DNA from: Cyclobacteriaceae bacterium | GTDB lineage: Bacteria; Bacteroidota; Bacteroidia; Cytophagales; Cyclobacteriaceae | Direction of reading: 5' to 3' | Length of the DNA stretch: 52,322 nucleotides | NCBI GenBank assembly: GCA_020436145.1 | Contig: JAGQYJ010000003.1 | Span: forward strand, 9,681-62,002 | In this document: positions 7,618 through 14,134 of the stretch, in pieces | Layout: each line of letters begins with the position of its first letter | Position numbering within the stretch: the stretch's first letter is position 1 | Translations under genes and position numbers: made by a program | Notes under the pieces: model-generated | What the model was told of the DNA's origin: nothing | Database searches by the model: none | Seen by the model: only the letters and a program-made list of their open reading frames with translations

Positions 7618-10446
7618 TTATTTACTTCCAGTCTTCTTCAAAACCGCATCGCTTTGCTCCTGTGCTTTGGCCATAATGTTATCGGCTTGCTTTTGCCCCT
7701 CTTTTTCCACTGTGGTAGCTTTTTTCTCGCCTTCATCGGTTAGTTTTTTGGCGGCAACTTTGGCTGCTTCCTTTTTAAACGGATTGCTCCCCGCATCTTT
7801 GATCAGTTTTTCAGCTTGCACTTTGGATTCAGCTCGTATTTGGTCTGCCGTGTTCTTAGCTTCTTTTTTTACCTGGTCCGCTTTCTTTTGTGCATCGGCC
7901 AATATTTTGTCTGCTTCTTCCTGTGCTTTGGCAACAGCTTCATCTTTGGTCACAGGTATATCCTCACTTATTTTATCTTTAATAAGCTCCTGGGCTTTGT
8001 CAACTGCTGCCTTGGTTACCTGTTCTTTCACAGCATCTTTAGAGTCTGAACCTAGCAGGCTAACTTTCGGACTATCATACTTACCGGTAATGCCTAAGTT
8101 TACCTTGATTTCAGAGGAAGGTTCCTTCTTACTTCCTGTAAACTTATTTAATGCTGCATTTACCTGTTCACCCACCTGGCCGGCAGGAATACTTGTTTTT
8201 ACAGTGTAGTCAAGTGACCCATCCAGGCTTGTGCTACCTGCCACTGTCGATTTATGCCCATCGATAGTAACGTCAAATGGATCCACATTTACTTTTCCGT
8301 CTTCTATATGCACATTCATGGCAATATCCTGTAGAGCAAGACTATTTTTACCGCCTTTACTGGTAAACTTAGTTATTCCTTCAGCCAGCTTTCCACTTAA
8401 GGCGGCTTCCTTAACGTTCAATAAGCCGCCTCCGTTAAGCGTGTTGTATACGGGCATCATGGTGCTGTCGATTAACCCACTTAAAGCAAATTCGGTACTA
8501 ACATCACCGGCAACATTTTTGGCCACTGGCGCCAGTTGTTGTACTGTATTGAATGAATTAAATGATTCCTGAATGGAAATACTTTTCACACCCAACTTCA
8601 TATCAAACGTTGGTTTGCGCAGTTCCTGTGTATTATAAGTCCCATTAAAAACAATAGAGCCGCCCAGGGTAGAAGTTGAAAGGTTGTCCATGGTGAGCAC
8701 TCCATCTCTCACTATGATTTTTCCTTTGGCATTGTTTAAGGTAAGTCCATCATACACAATCTTGGCAAGGTTGGCGTCCATTACAAAATCAATATCTTTT
8801 GGCACCTCAATGGCGGCATATGAATAATCGGTAGCTGTAGTATCCGTTTCTACAACTTCTTCAGTTGTTTCCTCTTCAGTTTCCGGCATCAATTCATCTA
8901 TAAGCAATTGTTTAGAAGAGATGGATAGGCTCCCATGCAATGTTTCGTTTGGGCTAAGAGCGTATTTTAAATAATTAGAAAGTTTACCAGTAGCTGAAAG
9001 GTCACTTGACGCTATTTTCATATCAAATGTTTCCAGCACTATATTTTCTGGCGTAAACGTGGTAACAGCCTTAGGTATTTCCATGCCCTGTGGCAGGTAT
9101 TCCTGGTCGGCATAATAAAAGGAGGTAAGGTTAATGGCTCCGCTTGCAGGAATGGTGTAGTTAACCGTATCGTACACTCCTTTGGCTTGCAAATTTGCAT
9201 CGAGCTGTCCTTTGAGTTCTGTGCCCTCCATCGGGAACATTTGAAGCAATTCTGCAAAATTAAGCCTGGCAGAAATGCTTGTTTCTACAGGGTAGTCAAT
9301 AAGATTACCCACTTTCAGCATAGCATCAATAGGGTTCTTGCCCAATTCCATATGGAATTTGCTTAAATCTACTTTGGTGTTATCGATGTTGCCATCTGCG
9401 TTATCTATATCCAGCTTCATTTGCACGTTAGAAACAGCAGTGGGCAGGTCGGGGTATTGGAACATCCCGTCATTTATTCCTAAATGCACATTAAATGCCG
9501 GCATTTTTTCATCGGTGTACATGCCTTTTAAGCTGGTGTTAAAATCAACCGTACCCGATGCTTTCAGTCCCTCAAAATCAGTAGCATACATGGCGGGAAT
9601 AAGGGATAGGATGCTTTTAAAACTATTGTCTTTGGAAGTAATGGCTAAATCCATATCGTAACCTTCTTCCGGCATGGAGAACCAACCGTTCATTCCAATG
9701 GTAAAATCATTCAGTTTAAATTCGTTGTCCTTGAATGTAAATTTATATTGTTCAAGATCCATAGAAAGAACAGCATCTGCGACCAAATGGCGGTTTTTAA
9801 TATATTCTACCCCATCGTATGAAACTGTAGCAAGCGTAGCCTCCGATTGGGTGTCCATATCAAAAACGGTCAGGGAAAAGTCTCCTGAACCGGTATGGTT
9901 GAGCGCTGTTATTTCCAGCACAAATGGAATGGTTTCATCATCATAGGTTACATCACCATTTATAATTTGCCAGTGCTCAATGGAAAAAGTAAGTGGTTCC
10001 GATTCATCAGCAACTTCCTCTGTTTCTTCTACCTCTTCTTCAGATGAAATGGCAATATCGTAATTGGCTTTGCCATTGGCCAGCACTTTTATCCATATAT
10101 GCGGGTTCTCCAAAAGCAATCCCTGGATGCTTGTTTCCCCATCAAAAAGAATCTTCTTCAGGTTCACTTCCACTTCAAGATTAGTGGTTGAAAACAGTAC
10201 CTTACCGGCAAAGTCGTCCCTGCCTATAACACTCAAGTCTTCAATGCCAACCGTTAGGTTAGGGAAATTGGGAAATAAAGAAACGCTAAAGTTTTCGAGT
10301 TCAAAGTTAATATCCGCATTTACAGATGAGGCTAGTTCTTTATCTATAGCGGCTTTTATATCATCCTTGAAAAAGTAAGGAAGTGTGAAGAGTAGGATAA
10401 GTACGAGAAAAACAACTGATGCGAGAATGATGAGGGCTTTTTTCAT
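7618..10446 (-). CDS. AsmA-family outer-membrane biogenesis / lipid-transport protein
   Basis: 942 aa from ATG 10446 (MKKALIILASVVFLVLILLFTLPYFFKDDIK..). It has an N-terminal anchor, then the AsmA N-terminal block ..NFSVSLFPNFPNLTVGIEDLSVIG.., a long beta-rich body, and a Lys/Ala/Glu-rich C-terminal tail. Confidence 0.8.
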   Translation of the reverse strand: MKKALIILASVVFLVLILLFTLPYFFKDDIKAAIDKELASSVNADINFELENFSVSLFPNFPNLTVGIEDLSVIGRDDFAGKVLFSTTNLEVEVNLKKILFDGETSIQGLLLENPHIWIKVLANGKANYDIAISSEEEVEETEEVADESEPLTFSIEHWQIINGDVTYDDETIPFVLEITALNHTGSGDFSLTVFDMDTQSEATLATVSYDGVEYIKNRHLVADAVLSMDLEQYKFTFKDNEFKLNDFTIGMNGWFSMPEEGYDMDLAITSKDNSFKSILSLIPAMYATDFEGLKASGTVDFNTSLKGMYTDEKMPAFNVHLGINDGMFQYPDLPTAVSNVQMKLDIDNADGNIDNTKVDLSKFHMELGKNPIDAMLKVGNLIDYPVETSISARLNFAELLQMFPMEGTELKGQLDANLQAKGVYDTVNYTIPASGAINLTSFYYADQEYLPQGMEIPKAVTTFTPENIVLETFDMKIASSDLSATGKLSNYLKYALSPNETLHGSLSISSKQLLIDELMPETEEETTEEVVETDTTATDYSYAAIEVPKDIDFVMDANLAKIVYDGLTLNNAKGKIIVRDGVLTMDNLSTSTLGGSIVFNGTYNTQELRKPTFDMKLGVKSISIQESFNSFNTVQQLAPVAKNVAGDVSTEFALSGLIDSTMMPVYNTLNGGGLLNVKEAALSGKLAEGITKFTSKGGKNSLALQDIAMNVHIEDGKVNVDPFDVTIDGHKSTVAGSTSLDGSLDYTVKTSIPAGQVGEQVNAALNKFTGSKKEPSSEIKVNLGITGKYDSPKVSLLGSDSKDAVKEQVTKAAVDKAQELIKDKISEDIPVTKDEAVAKAQEEADKILADAQKKADQVKKEAKNTADQIRAESKVQAEKLIKDAGSNPFKKEAAKVAAKKLTDEGEKKATTVEKEGQKQADNIMAKAQEQSDAVLKKTGSK

Positions 10447-10543
10447 GGCGGGTTTAAGTACATGGTTATTGTGCAATACGTTATAAAAATACAACTATTG
10501 AACAGTATGTAAAGAATGAAATATTATTTCTCTGTTAAAGCAA

Positions 10544-11437
10544 TTATTCTTTAAATAAGTCTGATGATAAATACCGGTCTCCCCGATCGCAAATAATGGA
10601 GACAATGGTAGCAGATCCCGTTAGGGTTTCGACCAGCTTTTCTGCAACCGCCACTGCACCTCCACTACTCATACCGGCAAAAATACCTTCTTCTTTTGCC
10701 AGGCGTCTGGCCATTTGCGTAGCTTCTTCCTGTGATACTTCAATAACTTTGTCCACGCGACTGGCATCGAATATTTTAGGGAGGTACTCGGGAGACCATT
10801 TGCGAATACCAGGTATGCTACTCCCATCCGAAGGTTGAGCTCCAACTATCTGTACCTCCTTAGACTGTTCCTTCAAATACATGGAGGTGCCCATAATGGT
10901 GCCTGTAGTGCCCATGGCAGATACAAAGTGGGTTATTTTACCTTCGGTATCTTTCCAGATTTCCGGCCCGGTGGTTTTGTAATGGGCCAGGTAGTTGTCT
11001 TTGTTGCCAAACTGGTTGAGATTGAAATACCCTGGCTTTTTCAATTTTTCTTCAACATACCTTATAGAGCCTTCAATGGTCTCTTTGGCAGGCGTGAGAA
11101 TAACAGTCGCTCCATAAGCGCGCATGGTATCCACGCGTTCTTGGGTAGAGTTTTCTGGCATCACGAGTTCAATAGCTATATTGAATTGCTTGGCCATCAT
11201 GGCCAGGGCAATACCAGTATTGCCACTTGTGGCTTCAATTAAAGTAGTTCGCTCATTAATTTCTCCACGCTCCAAAGCTGACCGAATCATGTTATAGGCA
11301 GCACGATCTTTTACACTACCTCCAGGGTTTTGCCCCTCCAGCTTGGCATACACTGTAATATCAGGATTTTTGAAAATGCTGTTAAGCTTAATCAAAGGTG
11401 TATTGCCAACGAGTGAGAAAAGATTAGGATACGTCAT
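10544..11437 (-). CDS. cysM: cysteine synthase, CysM (type B)-like
   Basis: PLP block KLEGQNPGGSVKDR and TSGNTGIALA are present. By eye it shares with E. coli CysM (from memory) the blocks ITHFVSAMGTTGTI, GSSIPGIRKW.PEYLP.IF and IICDRGDRYLS, plus the short 297-aa length. Confidence 0.8.
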   Translation of the reverse strand: MTYPNLFSLVGNTPLIKLNSIFKNPDITVYAKLEGQNPGGSVKDRAAYNMIRSALERGEINERTTLIEATSGNTGIALAMMAKQFNIAIELVMPENSTQERVDTMRAYGATVILTPAKETIEGSIRYVEEKLKKPGYFNLNQFGNKDNYLAHYKTTGPEIWKDTEGKITHFVSAMGTTGTIMGTSMYLKEQSKEVQIVGAQPSDGSSIPGIRKWSPEYLPKIFDASRVDKVIEVSQEEATQMARRLAKEEGIFAGMSSGGAVAVAEKLVETLTGSATIVSIICDRGDRYLSSDLFKE

Positions 11438-12224
11438 TTTGAATTGTCACTTGTGCTTTGTTAAAAACTTTAGAGTTGGCAGGAACACTTGATGTAAGCC
11501 ACACATTACCTCCAATCACAGTGTTTTTTCCGATAATGGTATTGCCTCCCAAAATGGTTGCACCGGAATAAATTACCACATTGTCTTCAATGGAGGGATG
11601 ACGTTTGGTTGAAGCCTGGTCCTTGCTTACACTCAATGCACCTAAAGTTACATTTTGGTACAATTTTACGTGATTACCTATGTGGCATGTTTCACCTATT
11701 ACTATGCCTGTACCATGATCGATAACAAAGTCAGAGCCAATATGAGCTCCGGGATGAATATCAATGCCTGTGTCCCGATGAGCACTTTCTGTAAGCACCC
11801 TTGGTACATAAGGAATTTCCAATTTCCACAACTCATGGGCTATACGGTACATGGCAATGGCATAGAAACCAGGATAGGTTTTAATTACTTCAACCACATC
11901 CCGGGCGGCAGGGTCGTTTGCGGCAATGGCTTTAGCATCTGCTTTCATTTTTCTATGGATTTCCGGAATTCTGTTGAAAAACTCATCTGCCAGAGGTATG
12001 CATTTTTTGGGCAACTTATGATCAATCTTTCTTAAAATTCCAATAAGGGCAACCTTTTGCGCTTCATACCGGTGTTGGAATTCGTTGAAAAAACGAAAAC
12101 CCTTTGGGCAACGGTCTGGGAAGAGCAGGTTCAATAAGTTGTCGGCCATATCAATCACTTCTTCTAGGTGAGGGTTATCCTCGGTGGATTGATGTTCTTC
12201 AAAAAGTTCCTTTAAAAAGTCCAT
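11424..12224 (-). CDS. cysE: serine O-acetyltransferase
   Basis: Left-handed beta-helix hexapeptide repeats (..IHPGAHIGSDFVIDHGTGIVIGETCHIGNHVKLYQNVTLG..) preceded by a SAT-type helical N-domain. It overlaps cysM by 14 nt. Confidence 0.85.
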   Translation of the reverse strand: MDFLKELFEEHQSTEDNPHLEEVIDMADNLLNLLFPDRCPKGFRFFNEFQHRYEAQKVALIGILRKIDHKLPKKCIPLADEFFNRIPEIHRKMKADAKAIAANDPAARDVVEVIKTYPGFYAIAMYRIAHELWKLEIPYVPRVLTESAHRDTGIDIHPGAHIGSDFVIDHGTGIVIGETCHIGNHVKLYQNVTLGALSVSKDQASTKRHPSIEDNVVIYSGATILGGNTIIGKNTVIGGNVWLTSSVPANSKVFNKAQVTIQNDVS

Positions 12225-12325
12225 ACAAATATCTCTTATAATGGTGCTAACAGTTGTGCTTATTAAAAGGTTGCAGAAAAGTTACATTTCAAGGTAGACG
12301 ACTTAAATGCTGCACCTCAAAAATT

Positions 12326-12338
12326 ATTTGTAACAAAT
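12326..12338. promoter_or_regulatory. perfect 13-bp palindrome ATTTGTAACAAAT in the cysE / Mo-operon divergent region (operator candidate)
   Basis: Six-bp arms ATTTGT/ACAAAT around a single central A, read directly from the sequence. It lies 101 nt from the cysE ATG and 146 nt from ATG 12485. Confidence 0.3.
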
Positions 12339-12484
12339 CTAAATTATGAAATAAGCTAGCTCCTTCAAATATTCTATTGTATTTAACCAAGTTTGTAAAA
12401 TATTTAGTTTGTATATATGAATATATCATCATATATTAATGCGTTAATAACAACCGAATTTTTTACTTAACTTAATATCAACCA

Positions 12485-14104
12485 ATGAAATACGGCTTTG
12501 TATTGGACAACCGAAAATGTATCGGTTGTCACGCCTGTACAGTTGCCTGTAAGTCTGAACACGATGTACCCGTAGGGGTAAACAGAACTTATGTAAAGCA
12601 AGTTGAAAAAGGCGAGTACCCCAACTCCAAACGACTGTTTTCAGTTACCCGTTGTAACCATTGTACAGATGCTCCCTGTGTGGAAATCTGTCCGGTGGAG
12701 TGTTTGCATATACGCCCTGACGGAATTGTAGACTTCAATGATGACCGTTGTATCGGGTGTAAATCGTGCATGCAGGCGTGCCCCTACGATGCATTGTACA
12801 TAAACCCTGAGACGAATACAGCGGCTAAATGTAACTATTGTGCCCATAGAATTGACATTGGTCTTGAGCCGGCCTGTGTGAATGTATGCCCCGAGCATGC
12901 GATCATTTCCGGTGATATGGACAATCCTGAATCCGAGATATCTCAATTGATTGCCAATCAGAATGTGATGGTTCGTAAGCCTGAAAAAGGCACTATGCCA
13001 AATGTATTTTATATTAATAGTGACGAAGTGGTGCTTACACCTTCAGCTACTGAAAAGAGCGATGACACTCTGTGGAGCTCTCAATCTAATGGCGTTGGAC
13101 ATTATGCCAAGTTTGCTGAAAGCCTTTCCAAAAAATCGTATGAAGAAATGGCTTCTACATTGGCTGGCAACCCTGATACGGTTAAAACCTATGCAGGCAA
13201 CAAACCTGCTCCTGCCAAAACACAAATGGCAGCTATTATGGAAAAGGCAAACGCCAAACGTGTATATGATACTCCTGACAAAGGTATTCTTTGGGGGTGG
13301 GAAGTATCAGGCTATGTATTTACCAAGGCTATCTCAGCCGGAAGCATTCTTGTTCTATTTCTAGCCAACTTCCTGAATGTTGGATTCTCAGCGGAAACCA
13401 ATTGGTTAGGTATAGGATTAGGGCTTGGCTTCCTGGTTTTAACAGGGGGCTTATTGGTGAAAGACCTTGATCAGCCGCTACGATTTGTTTATGTGTTACT
13501 GCGACCGCAATGGAGATCGTGGCTGGTGCGCGGAGGATATTCTATAACTGCTTTTGGTGGTTTATTGACCCTGTGGGCGGTAGGATTGTATTTTGATATT
13601 CATCTGGTATCGGATATTGCCATGTGGCTTTCTGCAGCATTTGCAGTAGTGGTTGCTATCTATACTGCCTTCCTGTTTGCACAGGCAAAAGGCCGTGATT
13701 TCTGGCAAAGCCCGACTCTGGCCTTCCATATGTTTATTCATAGTGTAATGGCAGGTGCCGGAGCTTTGGCTATTGGCAACTTGCTTATGGCAAACGATGC
13801 CAACTGGGGTGGTTTCCTGGAAACCATCTTATTGATCACTTTGGTCGCCAATGTGGTTCTGTTGGTTGTTGAGTTGGGTACAACGCACCCAACTGCTGAT
13901 GCAAAAGCTACCGTTCATATGATCATGAAAGGTCGTTACAAAAACCGCTTCTGGGGTGGAGTTGTATTCTTTGGCAACCTGCTTCCTATTGCAATGGTAT
14001 TCTTTGGAGCACCGGCAGCAGTCACCGGCCTGGTTGCTTTGATCGGCATCATTTTGCAGGAGAAAATCTGGGTGGAAGCGCCTCAACGTATTCCTTTAGC
14101 TTAA
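12485..14104 (+). CDS. fusion protein: four-cluster [4Fe-4S] ferredoxin (PsrB/NrfC/DmsB type) + NrfD/PsrC-type 8-TM quinone-interacting anchor
   Basis: Four Cys groups: CIGCHACTVAC, CNHCTDAPCVEICP, CIGCKSCMQACP and CNYCAHRIDIGLEPACVNVCP. A hydrophilic linker of about 80 aa follows, then eight hydrophobic helices to the C-terminus. No N-terminal signal. Confidence 0.85.
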   Translation: MKYGFVLDNRKCIGCHACTVACKSEHDVPVGVNRTYVKQVEKGEYPNSKRLFSVTRCNHCTDAPCVEICPVECLHIRPDGIVDFNDDRCIGCKSCMQACPYDALYINPETNTAAKCNYCAHRIDIGLEPACVNVCPEHAIISGDMDNPESEISQLIANQNVMVRKPEKGTMPNVFYINSDEVVLTPSATEKSDDTLWSSQSNGVGHYAKFAESLSKKSYEEMASTLAGNPDTVKTYAGNKPAPAKTQMAAIMEKANAKRVYDTPDKGILWGWEVSGYVFTKAISAGSILVLFLANFLNVGFSAETNWLGIGLGLGFLVLTGGLLVKDLDQPLRFVYVLLRPQWRSWLVRGGYSITAFGGLLTLWAVGLYFDIHLVSDIAMWLSAAFAVVVAIYTAFLFAQAKGRDFWQSPTLAFHMFIHSVMAGAGALAIGNLLMANDANWGGFLETILLITLVANVVLLVVELGTTHPTADAKATVHMIMKGRYKNRFWGGVVFFGNLLPIAMVFFGAPAAVTGLVALIGIILQEKIWVEAPQRIPLA

Positions 14105-14134
14105 TTGTATCAAAAGAATTAAAAGAAGAATAAG

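Noticed and set aside
7580-8572. Plus-strand ORFs of 209, 77 and 113 aa (7580-8209, 7816-8049, 8231-8572)
   Set aside because: These are antisense shadows of the AsmA gene. Their Ser/Ala/Phe/Leu/Cys-rich low-complexity products are what the reverse complement of a Lys/Ala/Glu-rich coding region yields.
10518-10530. 13-bp AT-only palindrome GAAATATTATTTC between the cysM stop and the AsmA start
   Set aside because: Short AT palindromes are expected by chance in AT-rich spacers. It cannot form a hairpin with a 1-nt loop, and I have no supporting context, so I do not call it a site.
12225-12484. Possible Moco or SAM/sulfur-related riboswitch, or a leader peptide, upstream of the molybdoenzyme operon
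   Set aside because: I recognised no conserved riboswitch core sequence or convincing stem architecture in this very AT-rich spacer. Only trivial mini-ORFs are present (e.g. a 17-codon MNISSYINALITTEFFT) with no Cys/Met enrichment.
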